From positions 1-58,137 of IMG/VR virus record IMGVR_UViG_3300025520_000006: DNA of 58,137 nucleotides; one strand, 5' to 3'. This document shows positions 35,932 to 45,045 of this stretch, piece after piece. Made by a program: the position numbers and the translations under genes. Within the stretch, counting starts at the first letter, position 1, and every line of letters begins with the position of its first letter. This DNA comes from a virus. Lineage: Duplodnaviria; Caudoviricetes. The notes under the pieces are model-generated. The model was not told the origin of the DNA, ran no database searches, and saw nothing but the letters and a program-made list of their open reading frames with translations.

Positions 35932-36152
35932 TACGCGTGGCCCTTTGCTGCGTGTGCGCGAAGATCGAAATCTTCATTCGGCCCCCATCCTTCGCCTTCC
36001 TTGAGCACGCGCAGATTGACCAGATAGCCTTGCGCAAGTTCGATATCGCAGATCGCGTAGACGAGATGCGTCCCGAAGCGAACGTGCTGCCTGGCGACAT
36101 GATCGACGCTGTTTTCGCCGCCCCAGGTATCGATGCGAACCATTTTGCTCAT
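35931..36152 (-). CDS. Hypothetical protein
   Basis: TAATG coupling on both sides. Confidence 0.6.
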   Translation of the reverse strand: MSKMVRIDTWGGENSVDHVARQHVRFGTHLVYAICDIELAQGYLVNLRVLKEGEGWGPNEDFDLRAHAAKGHA

Positions 36153-36492
36153 TACTCGCCTCCGTTCATCTTCCTGCCGAGATCGGCGATGTATTCGGAG
36201 AGCAGACGTTTTGTCTCTTCGATGCCGAACGCCGCGATCATGAAGCTTTGGATGGCGAGCAGCATCGATGCACAGACAACTATGCTGCCGCCGAGATCCC
36301 CTTTGCGATCCGGCTTCGAGATGATCCGCAAGAAGCGATCGAACTGCTGCTGGTCCGACTCGGCCCGATGCTGTCCATGCGTCTCGACTCGTCCATGTAG
36401 CGATCGACGAGCTCGCGATGCGGCTTCAAGATCTCGGCAGCCATCGCGATCGTCGACAGCGCGGCTCGAAGTTCGATCTCGGCCGGGTTCAC
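36152..36492 (-). pseudogene. Frame-broken hypothetical gene(s)
   Basis: Coupled ORF start (MNPAEIEL...DSIGP) and coupled ORF end (...GRKMNGGE) lie in different frames, with a junction near 36360. Confidence 0.5.
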
Positions 36493-37703
36493 AGCGTCGC
36501 CCCATGGCTATCGAAACCGGATTCCCAACGCTTCAGCTTTTCCGTATCCTTGCGGACATCGAGCGGAGAATTCTTGCGGCTCTTGCCGGCCGCAGCAGCG
36601 GCGCGGCCAGCGTCGAAGATCTCGTCGGGTTGATCCGCGGGCGCGCCATCCTCACGCGTCTGATTATTGTCGGCCGCAGCGGAGTCCTCGGCTTTCGTGT
36701 CGGTTGCCGGTTTCCCGCCGACGTCTTCCGCTGCGGCCTCCTGATGCGGGTGGGAGGAATCCCCGGCATCAGATTTCTTGGCTTCTTCGTTCTCTCGCGC
36801 CTTTGTCTCCTCATCATGAGCCTTCGCTGCCTGCTTGATCTCGCCGGTGTCGGCGTCAATCGTCTCGCCAGCGCCGGCCAGCGCATCGAGGCGGCCAGAG
36901 AGCGTCGCCTTTATCACTGGAGCCTTACCCGCATTAGGAGCCGGGAAAAGCTCATCAATCGTCGCCTCACCATTCTTTAGCGCCGACTTCGCCCCGGTGA
37001 GCGTCGCCAGATGGTCGAGCGTGATTTCCTCGACGCCAGCCACTTCTAGCGCAGCAAAAATCCTCTCTTGCGAGACGCCGATCTTGAGGAACACCTGCAT
37101 CGCAGCGTCGCGACGCTCTACCAGCGTTTTGATATCGCCGCGGATGACGCTCTCGACCGCGAGATAGCCCTTGCGCGCCACTCCCTTCGGAATACCCATG
37201 AGAATTGCGTTTCGCCGGGCGATCGAGCATGCGGCGGCGCCGGCAAGCTGGATCATGTCGGCATCGATCCCCTTGCCGCGCTTCGCCTGAATCGTCCGGC
37301 GCACGCGCGCCGTCTGTGCGACGTTGGTCTCGAGGTCGTGGAAGACGCCTTCGGCCTCGACGTATCCCTCGATCCGGTCGACATGCACGACGCGCGCGCC
37401 GACGCGGCAATTTCCCCACTGGCTCGCCATGATTTCGGCGAAGCGGATGGATGGCCCGCGGATCGTTTTACCGCCCCGCGGCAGGGCATAGATGCAATCT
37501 GCTGCCGTCTCTTCGTCGAGTGTCGCGAGCGTATTGATGTTTGAAATCGCCCGCTGGATCGAGCGCGGCAACGCACGCGAGGTCGCGACTTGCTGATCAA
37601 TTTCGGCCCGCGCCAGGCTTACGGCAAGGCTCTCTTGCTGCTCATATCCGGACGGCAGCGAGCCGGTTGCGCTGTCGTCATGCGTCGTAAGATCGTTAGC
37701 CAT
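36489..37703 (-). CDS. Putative recombination/strand-annealing partner of YqaJ, with low-complexity C-terminus
   Basis: EIDQQVAT....PR, YALPRGGK.I.GPSIRFAE....WGN motif; located in the YqaJ operon. Confidence 0.65.
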   Translation of the reverse strand: MANDLTTHDDSATGSLPSGYEQQESLAVSLARAEIDQQVATSRALPRSIQRAISNINTLATLDEETAADCIYALPRGGKTIRGPSIRFAEIMASQWGNCRVGARVVHVDRIEGYVEAEGVFHDLETNVAQTARVRRTIQAKRGKGIDADMIQLAGAAACSIARRNAILMGIPKGVARKGYLAVESVIRGDIKTLVERRDAAMQVFLKIGVSQERIFAALEVAGVEEITLDHLATLTGAKSALKNGEATIDELFPAPNAGKAPVIKATLSGRLDALAGAGETIDADTGEIKQAAKAHDEETKARENEEAKKSDAGDSSHPHQEAAAEDVGGKPATDTKAEDSAAADNNQTREDGAPADQPDEIFDAGRAAAAAGKSRKNSPLDVRKDTEKLKRWESGFDSHGATL

Positions 37704-37764
37704 TATCTATTCCCTTTCGCGATAGAAGCGCTTGTCGCTCGACGCCGATGATCAGACCGGCGGC

Positions 37765-38853
37765 TCAGTAGTTGATCTGGATGTTCGGGATCATTCGCTT
37801 CGCGATCAGCGTCACCGCCAATTTCGCGGCATCTTCCGGCACGCCGCCGGTGATGAGCGCAGCAACAGCAACGTTGTTGATCGAGGCCCGGTGTTTCCGG
37901 TTGGCTTCACGCTCGCGGGCCTCTTCCTCCTCACGTCTGCGCGCTTCCTCGGCATCGCGCTTCGCCTTAGCCGCCGCTTCTTCAGCGGCGCGTTTGGCGT
38001 TGTCCTCCGCCTCTTTGGCGCGTTGCTCTGCATCTTCCTTGTCTTTGCGCAGTTGCTCTTCGCGCGCGGCGGCGGCGGTGCGTTCGGCTTGGGCAGCCCT
38101 GTCCGCGGCTTTCCTTTCCTGGCGAGCCTTCTCTTCGGCTTCCTGCGTCGCCTTGTCGGCGGCGTCGCGCGCGATCTTGTCGAGACGCTCTTGCTCCTGA
38201 CGTGCCGCCTCCGCCTTGCGCAGGCGATCCAGCTCGGCACGGTCGGCCTCGCGCTTATCCGCCCTTGCAATCGCGTCGGTCAGACGGATGAGGGCCAGGT
38301 CCTTCTCGGCGGCGTAGTCGGCAATGAATTCCTCGCAGGCTTTCTGACTGATCTCGATAGTCTCGACGTCAGCCAATGCTTCGCGAAGAAGCGATGACGA
38401 ACAGTCGCCCGGTTCCCAACCGGCATGGCGCAGCCGCTCAATCGCTTGTTTGTGATCGGCGACACGGTTAGCCTCGACCTCTTCCCATGCTGTTAGCGGC
38501 GCACGGACTTCGTCGCGCCACTTGTCCAGGGTGTCGCGGATCTGCTTCCTGGCGGCGTCGATCTTCTTCGGGATTTCTTTTTGCGCCGCGGCGAGATCCT
38601 TGCCGACGGTTTCGAGGTAACTCTTCGATTGGCTGATCTTGTGCGCCATGGACGCAATTTCTTTGCGCCCCTTGGCCGTGCCGACGTCCGCCGAAAAGCC
38701 GTCGATCTCTTTCCGGATCGCATCGAGTACCGGATCGACGGCGCCGGTCGTCGTAAAGAACGCGAGCCTCCTGTTCTCAGGGACGGTGAGCGCGAGCGCG
38801 CCGTCTTTCGGGATGACGACGAACTCGGCGGGCTCGATGACTTCGGCTTCCAT
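37765..38853 (-). CDS. Coiled-coil phage protein (often mis-annotated as TolA-like)
   Basis: D..T.KGRKEIAS.A.K, VRAPLT.WE, long E/R/A/K-rich helix, IPNI.INY end. Confidence 0.8.
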   Translation of the reverse strand: MEAEVIEPAEFVVIPKDGALALTVPENRRLAFFTTTGAVDPVLDAIRKEIDGFSADVGTAKGRKEIASMAHKISQSKSYLETVGKDLAAAQKEIPKKIDAARKQIRDTLDKWRDEVRAPLTAWEEVEANRVADHKQAIERLRHAGWEPGDCSSSLLREALADVETIEISQKACEEFIADYAAEKDLALIRLTDAIARADKREADRAELDRLRKAEAARQEQERLDKIARDAADKATQEAEEKARQERKAADRAAQAERTAAAAREEQLRKDKEDAEQRAKEAEDNAKRAAEEAAAKAKRDAEEARRREEEEAREREANRKHRASINNVAVAALITGGVPEDAAKLAVTLIAKRMIPNIQINY

Positions 38854-38856
38854 CGT

Positions 38857-39897
38857 TCAGCCCTTCTTGATCTGGACTGTGCGGTACTGGCTCGGCGCAA
38901 CGGAGTAACCGGCGCGGTAGATCGTCTTTGCTTCGAGCAAACGTCCGTCGGCGAGACGTGCGCGCGCAGCGTTGCCGAGTATCTGGATGATCTCGGCATC
39001 GAGCGGCTTCCGTTCCTTTGCCGCCGCGCTGCCATCGGCTTCGCGAGCTTTCAGTTTCTCGCGAATCTTCAGGATTTCGCCGATACGCTCGTTCCCGGCG
39101 AGACTAATCGTCGAGTCGTCGTCGTCAGCGTAGAGATCCGCGATCAGTGCGCCGTCGCGCGCGAAGTCGGGCGGCGGCGGCTCCCTTCGCTCGACCATCC
39201 CCCAAAAATCCGCGACGGCCGTTCTCACCTTTTTGAGAACGCCGTGGTGGATCGGCGCCTCGATCAGGTGAAAGTCGACGTTGAAGCCAACGGTCATCGC
39301 GCCGATGAACGCGCGCTCGGCGCCATAGAGAACGGCGTCCTGCGCGGACTGGACAACAATCCAGAGCGGCGGAGTGATCTCGCCATCTTCCTTCCACTTC
39401 TTGGAGAAGATGCTCGGCTCTATGTTTTTGATCTGCAGGGTCGCGCGACTGCCGTCGGGAAGTTTGATCGTCGCATCTGGCGTGCTCGCGATCCCCGCCG
39501 CGCGGTCGGCGAAAACTGACCCGCCAGGTATCGGATTAGAAACGATCGACCAATTTGGACGCAGCATCCGCGCCAGTTCGAGCGCTTTCTCCTCGAGAAA
39601 ATTCCCGCGCTCCATTGGCGGGAGATGGATGCTGTCGTCACGGATATCTGGCGCGCTGCGTTCGGCTTCGATCGCGCCGGTCTTGCGCATGAATAGCTCG
39701 TATGGCGTCATATATGGATGGATCCCAAGCAACGCCGAGCATTCAGACGCGCCGATGAACTTCGCGCGATTGCCGAGCCATTCCTCGCGAGAAGATGGAA
39801 CGATGCGCTCGATCCCCGGCGGCAGCGGCTCTAGCGTGTCGACGACGGCAGCGGCCGCTGAGCCCAACGACGTTTGTGGGAACGGTTTGATTGTCAT
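38857..39897 (-). CDS. YqaJ-like recombination exonuclease
   Basis: REEWL..R...IGASE....G..PY, GN.LE, STPD....QIK. Confidence 0.9.
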   Translation of the reverse strand: MTIKPFPQTSLGSAAAAVVDTLEPLPPGIERIVPSSREEWLGNRAKFIGASECSALLGIHPYMTPYELFMRKTGAIEAERSAPDIRDDSIHLPPMERGNFLEEKALELARMLRPNWSIVSNPIPGGSVFADRAAGIASTPDATIKLPDGSRATLQIKNIEPSIFSKKWKEDGEITPPLWIVVQSAQDAVLYGAERAFIGAMTVGFNVDFHLIEAPIHHGVLKKVRTAVADFWGMVERREPPPPDFARDGALIADLYADDDDSTISLAGNERIGEILKIREKLKAREADGSAAAKERKPLDAEIIQILGNAARARLADGRLLEAKTIYRAGYSVAPSQYRTVQIKKG

Positions 39898-40130
39898 GCC
39901 GCGATCCTCCGCTCTGACCACAGCGCGATTGCCTGCTTGAGGCCTTTGACGCCCAGCTTCTCGTAACTCGCGGAGAGACGGTTCTGCGCGGTCTTCTTTG
40001 AAATACCGAGGCTGGCGGCCGCAGCGTCGACCTTTGCGCCTTCCGCGAGCATGTCGAGAAGCGCTGCTTCCGCCGCGGTGAGCGCCTCCACGTCGAGGTA
40101 TGTTCTGTCCGCTTCGCGTTTTCGCATCAT
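39894..40130 (-). CDS. LuxR-type HTH protein
   Basis: LT..E..LL..LAEG.....AA.LGIS.KT.......YEKLGV. Confidence 0.8.
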   Translation of the reverse strand: MMRKREADRTYLDVEALTAAEAALLDMLAEGAKVDAAAASLGISKKTAQNRLSASYEKLGVKGLKQAIALWSERRIAA

Positions 40131-40549
40131 TGCCTCCCAACGCGCAGGCGCAGAAAAGAAAGCGCTGTCCTCGCGAACGCGTCGATCGCCAAGGCAAGCG
40201 CCCAGCCGCCGAAGGTGATCAAGATCGATAGCAAGACAAAGCTGGCTCCCTCGGAGCCGCCAGATTCTTGGGCCATCGCCGGCTCCGGTTCGAAGACGGC
40301 TAGGAACGAGATCGCGGCGCAAAAAGCGGCAGCTGTCGTTGCGATGTCTGTGATCTGATTTCGGCGTCGCCTGGCGCGCAGAGTCCTCGCCGCGTCGATA
40401 ACGGCAGGAAGATCGTCGCCAATGTCCTTCCCCAGATATCCCTGGGCGAAGAGACACAACGCGACGTCTGCTCTATCGTCGAGATTGACGTCTGGATAAA
40501 TAGCGGCAGCCATCGCCGCGATACGGTCTGATCTTGCGGCGGTCATCAT
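40127..40549 (-). CDS. Hypothetical membrane protein
   Basis: Two hydrophobic segments; AGGAGG RBS; coupled. Confidence 0.65.
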   Translation of the reverse strand: MMTAARSDRIAAMAAAIYPDVNLDDRADVALCLFAQGYLGKDIGDDLPAVIDAARTLRARRRRNQITDIATTAAAFCAAISFLAVFEPEPAMAQESGGSEGASFVLLSILITFGGWALALAIDAFARTALSFLRLRVGRQ

Positions 40550-40902
40550 AGATCATCCTCCTTTGGCGCACTGAACTCCGCGTCCTCGGCTCCCTTCTGC
40601 CAATACGTCAGCCGAGAGGCGGGCTCGCAGGGCTTGTTGATGTGCATGACGGAATCTTCGTCGCTCAGCGAAAACGAAAAGATCGAAGAGCCGCCGTAGT
40701 AATGCGTCTGCCAGCCGTTCGCCGCCGGATCGCCCTTCACCGGAATGTCGATGCGCAGCATCTTCGCGCCGAAGCGCTCTTCTTCGCGCGTCCGCCCGGC
40801 GTGGCGCCGATGACCGAAGATCTCGACGATCGCCCATTCCCAACCATCGCCATTGACGGGCGATGGTTCGCTTTGTGCTGTAGTATCAGACATCTCTGGC
40901 AT
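40546..40902 (-). CDS. Conserved phage hypothetical protein
   Basis: WAIVEIFGHRRHAGR..EEE.FG..MLRIDIP...YYGGSSIF. Confidence 0.75.
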   Translation of the reverse strand: MPEMSDTTAQSEPSPVNGDGWEWAIVEIFGHRRHAGRTREEERFGAKMLRIDIPVKGDPAANGWQTHYYGGSSIFSFSLSDEDSVMHINKPCEPASRLTYWQKGAEDAEFSAPKEDDL

Positions 40903-40905
40903 ACA

Positions 40906-41121
40906 TCACCGCTCCGAAATTGCGCGCTCATATGCGCATTGCGCCTCTTTGAATTGGGCGAGCGCATCCCTTCGCAGCCTTTTGAAAAGTTCAATGTCTG
41001 CTAATTCGTCATGCGTTATCGGAACGCGGACGATCGGCGAATGCGGCTTGAAGACGAATGGCGGGAGAGCGGCTCTGATTCGCGCCCAATGCGCTTCGCA
41101 TGCTGCTGAAACTTGGCTCAT
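40906..41121 (-). CDS. Hypothetical protein
   Basis: ATGA coupling in the leftward operon. Confidence 0.5.
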   Translation of the reverse strand: MSQVSAACEAHWARIRAALPPFVFKPHSPIVRVPITHDELADIELFKRLRRDALAQFKEAQCAYERAISER

Positions 41122-41468
41122 CGAGCTTCCATTTGCTGTTCGCGTTCGATCTTCCGCTTCGCCGCTTCGGCCAACTCAAGGCAGGCGAGATGTCGCGATC
41201 GGCAATAGCTCCAGTGTGTGATCCGCTTGAGTTCGTTCGCCGCGCGCTCAAGCGCGCGTTCGCGGATTTCCACATGCGGCATGTCCCACGCTTCCTTGAC
41301 GCCGAGCCCCAGGGCGCGACCCGCCGTGTCGCGATACAGCCAATTGCTGTCCACGAGCCGCTGCACGGCCATTTCGTGGCACATTTCGAATGCGATCTGC
41401 GTCTCGCGCGCGATGCGCTGCAGCGCGGTGTTCATGGCGCTCATGACAGCCTCACTGTCAGTGCCCAA
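41118..41468 (-). CDS. Hypothetical protein (start uncertain)
   Basis: In the leftward operon; helical composition. Confidence 0.5.
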   Translation of the reverse strand: MGTDSEAVMSAMNTALQRIARETQIAFEMCHEMAVQRLVDSNWLYRDTAGRALGLGVKEAWDMPHVEIRERALERAANELKRITHWSYCRSRHLACLELAEAAKRKIEREQQMEAR

Positions 41469-41525
41469 AGCGAGAACAACCCGAAAGCCGCGATCGCGAC
41501 CGGAAGGCTCGCAACAAGGATTGCG

Positions 41526-42215
41526 TCAAGCATGGGAGTCGCCCTCTTCGATGAACTCACCGGCTTCATTCAGCGAATAGAACTTGCCGGCGACAATGCC
41601 GTTTTCGCCGACCTTGCTCGCGCGAATGGCGACGATGTTTCCGTTGGTGTCACGGCAGACGACGCAGATCGCGCCAGTCTCGGAAGCCATGGCGCGTGAC
41701 GCAAAACCAGCGGCAAGGGCGACGCCCCTCACGCCGGTTGCGCTCGCCGCGCCCCTATAGCCGGTTGCGCTCGCCGCGCCCCTCACGCCGGTTGCGCTCG
41801 CCGCGCCCCTCACGCCGGTTGCGCTCGAACCTTCGCCTTCCGGCTTGGCCCGCTCAAAAACCCACTTCACCGCGCGGGCGACAATGTCGCCGATGGAAAG
41901 CTCGACGCCGATGGTGATTGTCGAACTGGCGATCTTGGTGTCGCCACCATGGCGCCCGATCTCGCCACCTTGCTCGACTTCATGAAAGCGCGAACTTGCG
42001 GGCGGATAGTAATTTAACACGTCGAGCGGATATTCGCAGGCGTGGAAGCCGTTCTCGCAAGCGACGATCGGCCCTTCGACGGAATATGTTTTGCCTTGCT
42101 CGAATTGAAATCCGCGACAGGTCAAATCGCGATTAAAGCCTTTCACCGTCTTGATGACGGCAGGCTCCGGCTGAATATCGGCGCCGTCAGAATTTTTTGG
42201 CTTACGAGCCATCAT
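41526..42215 (-). CDS. DUF7666-like protein with SATG repeats
   Basis: KGF..DL.CRGFQFE.GKTY...C..GFHACE.PLDV..YY; ASATGxRGA repeats. Confidence 0.85.
   Translation of the reverse strand: MMARKPKNSDGADIQPEPAVIKTVKGFNRDLTCRGFQFEQGKTYSVEGPIVACENGFHACEYPLDVLNYYPPASSRFHEVEQGGEIGRHGGDTKIASSTITIGVELSIGDIVARAVKWVFERAKPEGEGSSATGVRGAASATGVRGAASATGYRGAASATGVRGVALAAGFASRAMASETGAICVVCRDTNGNIVAIRASKVGENGIVAGKFYSLNEAGEFIEEGDSHA
41721..41827. repeat. 27-bp tandem repeat, about 4 copies, coding
   Basis: Unit CGCCCCTCACGCCGGTTGCGCTCGCCG, one copy varying (V to Y). Confidence 0.9.
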
Positions 42216-42246
42216 CCCCTCCAAGGCAAGCGCCTATGGAGGCAAG

Positions 42247-42296
42247 GAAAGCACAGCTTTCATTCCCGCGCAAGCAGAAAAGAAAGCGCGGCTTTC
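42247..42296. promoter_or_regulatory. Left operators (two palindromes GAAAGC-N3-GCTTTC)
   Basis: 42247-42261 and 42282-42296; same motif at 43317-43331. Confidence 0.85.
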
Positions 42297-42303
42297 ATTT
42301 TTC

Positions 42304-42332
42304 TTGACAGGCGCTTTTTTGCTGCCTACAAG
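42304..42332 (+). promoter_or_regulatory. Sigma70-type promoter pointing into the non-coding region
   Basis: TTGACA-17 bp-TACAAG. Confidence 0.55.
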
Positions 42333-42348
42333 CCCGAAGGGGACTCGC

Positions 42349-42545
42349 GCGGGATACAGACACCGAACGGAGAACTGAAAGATTCAGCTTAAATAACCTT
42401 GGTACTGGTGCTGACTCATTCTGGGTCAGGGGGGCGCTTTAAGGCGCCCCCTCCCAGTACACCTAGATTGCAGGTAATGATTCAGCTTCAGGATTGTTGA
42501 AGTTGAGAGATTAGGTTCTGTAAACAAGTAGACGTCTGAATCCGC
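42349..42545 (+). ncRNA. Candidate ~200 nt structured sRNA convergent with cI
   Basis: Ends pair (42349-42361 with 42534-42545); inner stems GTACTGG/CCAGTAC, CTGAC/GTCAG, GGGGGCGC/GCGCCCCC; GATTCAGCTT occurs twice. Confidence 0.5.
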
Positions 42546-42561
42546 AAACCAAACCGAGCTA

Positions 42562-43257
42562 CTACCCCGTATATTTACCGACGACGCGGTAGGCGGTTGT
42601 CCATTCCTTCTTCGGTAACGTTATTTCCTTTGGTGGGTTGAATTGCCGCACCACATATTCTTGGTCTGTCGACCGGATTAGCCTCTTGATGCTTGCTCGA
42701 AAATCGCCTTCAGGCTCCCCGGCGATAAAAATCGCGTCCTTATTTCGAATGGGCGTCAGCTTTGGATTCACCAGCGCCATGTCGCCTGGCTCATAGGCCG
42801 GCTCCATTGAGTCGCCAACCACGACAACGACGAAGGCATCGCGGATTCGCTCGAAAAACCATGGGCGCGGGACCATGTCGATTGGATCGGTTGAGACCAC
42901 CATCGCCCCAGGGCCTCCTTCGACAGCTGCGTAAACCGGCAGGTCTCGGCGCCCAAGAAGCTGCGGCGGCGGCCTGTAGTTGCGATCGTCTTGCAACATC
43001 TCGTCTGACACCTCGCGGAATTGATCCAGAGGGATCGGTTTGCCGATCGGCGGCCGGCCTGACCCTCTCACGATCCATTCGACGGGGGCGCCCGCGAGTT
43101 CGGCGATTCGGAGCAGATGCCGCTTGTCGATGTCACCGCCGCGCTCCCAGTTGCCGACAGCCCCTCTGGTGATGCCGAGCACCGCCGCGAGTTTGGCTTG
43201 GGTGAAGCCAAGAATGTCACGGCGGATGTGGATTATTCTGTCAGCTAGGGTTTCCAT
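42562..43257 (-). CDS. cI: CI-like repressor (XRE HTH plus S24 peptidase)
   Basis: TQAKLA..LGITRGAVGNWERG; V.GDSMEP; IKRL. Confidence 0.95.
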   Translation of the reverse strand: METLADRIIHIRRDILGFTQAKLAAVLGITRGAVGNWERGGDIDKRHLLRIAELAGAPVEWIVRGSGRPPIGKPIPLDQFREVSDEMLQDDRNYRPPPQLLGRRDLPVYAAVEGGPGAMVVSTDPIDMVPRPWFFERIRDAFVVVVVGDSMEPAYEPGDMALVNPKLTPIRNKDAIFIAGEPEGDFRASIKRLIRSTDQEYVVRQFNPPKEITLPKKEWTTAYRVVGKYTG

Positions 43258-43316
43258 ACCGCCATCTTCGTGCTTCCGCCGCTTTCAATCATCGAAAGTT
43301 TCTCTTGCCTGCAAAA

Positions 43317-43331
43317 GAAAGCTGTGCTTTC
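43317..43331. promoter_or_regulatory. Right operator GAAAGC-TGT-GCTTTC
   Basis: 43317-43336 is the exact reverse complement of 42242-42261; lies between cI and cro. Confidence 0.85.
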
Positions 43332-43340
43332 CTTGCTCTC

Positions 43341-43589
43341 ATGGATCGAATTGCAGACTCTCTCGAACGGGCAAAAGCCGCCGCTGGCGGCAACACAGGG
43401 CTGGCGCGCGCGATCGGAAACATCTCCGCGCAAGCGATCTCCCAGTGGAAGAAAGTTCCCGCTGAGCGCGTAATCGAAGTCGAGAGAGCGACGGGCGTTT
43501 CCCGCCGGGAACTTCGACCAGACCTCTACCCGCCTGAAAAACCAGAACAGTTGCCGTCCGCCTCCCCTTTCACGGAGGCTGCGCAGTGA
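43341..43589 (+). CDS. cro: Cro/YdaS-like repressor
   Basis: GG...LARAIG.IS.QAISQW..VPAERV..VE.ATGVSR.ELRPDLY; divergent from cI. Confidence 0.92.
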   Translation: MDRIADSLERAKAAAGGNTGLARAIGNISAQAISQWKKVPAERVIEVERATGVSRRELRPDLYPPEKPEQLPSASPFTEAAQ

Positions 43590-43756
43590 AGAACCACGTT
43601 CTGAACCCCGCCTTGATCGTGTCGGTTCATGGCAACGAACGCGGCGATCTGGAGATCGCAACGCGCGACCAGAGCAGTGATGGCGCGCCTGAAGATCGCG
43701 CCAAAGGACTTGCCTATCTCATTGAAGCGCTCGAGCGCTTGCGGGAGGCGCAATGA
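43586..43756 (+). CDS. Small hypothetical protein (56 aa)
   Basis: GGAGG RBS; GTGA/ATGA coupling on both sides. Confidence 0.55.
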   Translation: MKNHVLNPALIVSVHGNERGDLEIATRDQSSDGAPEDRAKGLAYLIEALERLREAQ

Positions 43757-43896
43757 CAGATCGGAATGAAACGAATCTCAGTACGGCAGCGTCGCTGATC
43801 GTCATCGGCTGTCTCGGCATCACAATCGGGTTGTTCCTCTACTTCGCGGTAACGGCAGTCGACGACACCGTTCGAATGGCGTTTGGACCAAGCTGA
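43753..43896 (+). CDS. Single-TM small protein (47 aa)
   Basis: MTDRNETNLSTAASLIVIGCLGITIGLFLYFAV...; GGAGG RBS. Confidence 0.6.
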   Translation: MTDRNETNLSTAASLIVIGCLGITIGLFLYFAVTAVDDTVRMAFGPS

Positions 43897-44445
43897 ATAA
43901 ATTTCCTCCTCCCAGGGGAAATGCGTGTGCCGCAGCGCTTGTGCGGCGACGATCGGGCATGGGCTGCGGGTTCTTTCCCTTTCTTACCGCTGCTCATGTT
44001 TGCACCAGCGCTGCGGTCGCTGGCCGGTAATGCCCGCACGCTAGCGCAGCGGCAAGCGCAGTCCCGTGAAACTCGGGGCGCCAGAATTCAGATCGGGAGT
44101 GCGGGACGTCGTGTGCTGCAAAGGGGCCCGAAAGGGTTGACGACGCACTCAGGCACGCGATGGCGGGACGCGCCGGTAAATCCCGCCGACTATTCACGGC
44201 TTCGTCGGTCACGCAACCGGCAGGGAACTCGAGAGTGATGAGGATCACGCATCGAGGATGCGGATGCGAGGGAGTTGTGCCCTCATCATCCGCGACCAGC
44301 GCGGAAGGCAAAGGTAACGCGTTCCTTCCGGCGTTGGCGTCTGAATTTGGCGACGCGCCGTGCTGCCAGGCGAATGCGCGTCGGAGAGTTGGGTTTTGGT
44401 TCAAGTCCCTCATGTCTGCATCAAACAGCATGAGGATTCGTAAAA

Positions 44446-44832
44446 ATGCGAAAAGGCGACGTAACGAAAATGAGCGCGCTTCTCGAAGCGAGTCAGTTGG
44501 TCAGATCGCTGGCGTCCCCGCCGATGGTGGGGGATACCGTGAAGCGACAGATCGCGCGCGCCGCCCGCCGCATTCCTTTTTGGTCAACATCCCGAGTGAA
44601 GTCAGTTTGGTATCGCGATGAGCGATATCGGATCAGCGCTGACGAGATCGCGCAGCTTCGGGACATCGCCGACATGCAACAAAAAGACGCGGGACATGAA
44701 GAGCTACAGAAACTCAGAGCACGAGTCGCCCGCCTCGAAACGCTACTTCGCATTTCGGATCCGCAATTCAATAGCGATCAGATTAATGCGCTTTGCCGAT
44801 CGGATCGCGGTGTTAATAGCGCCTTGGATTGA
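44446..44832 (+). CDS. Putative CII-position DNA-binding regulator
   Basis: VKRQIARAARR...SRVKSVWY.D....I.ADE motif; downstream of cro. Confidence 0.65.
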   Translation: MRKGDVTKMSALLEASQLVRSLASPPMVGDTVKRQIARAARRIPFWSTSRVKSVWYRDERYRISADEIAQLRDIADMQQKDAGHEELQKLRARVARLETLLRISDPQFNSDQINALCRSDRGVNSALD

Positions 44833-44835
44833 TGA

Positions 44836-45045
44836 ATGACGCGGCGGCCGCCCACAGCAATGTCGCCGCTCGAGCAAAATATCACCATCGCCGAATTGGC
44901 CTCGCGCATCGCGGAACTCGAGCGGATGCGCGACGAACTCCAAGACGCGAACAGTCGCTTGTTGGAGCGAGCTAGGACGGCCGAACTCAGGCTCGCTGAA
45001 TTGCAGACTGAAGGAGTAACTGCAGATGGCCAAGGCAGGACATAA
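44836..45045 (+). CDS. Small coiled-coil protein
   Basis: Heptad-rich 69 aa. Confidence 0.6.
   Translation: MTRRPPTAMSPLEQNITIAELASRIAELERMRDELQDANSRLLERARTAELRLAELQTEGVTADGQGRT

Noticed and set aside
41721-41827. CRISPR or mini-array
   Set aside because: Units are contiguous with no spacers, are a multiple of 3, and lie in frame inside a gene; no cas genes are present.
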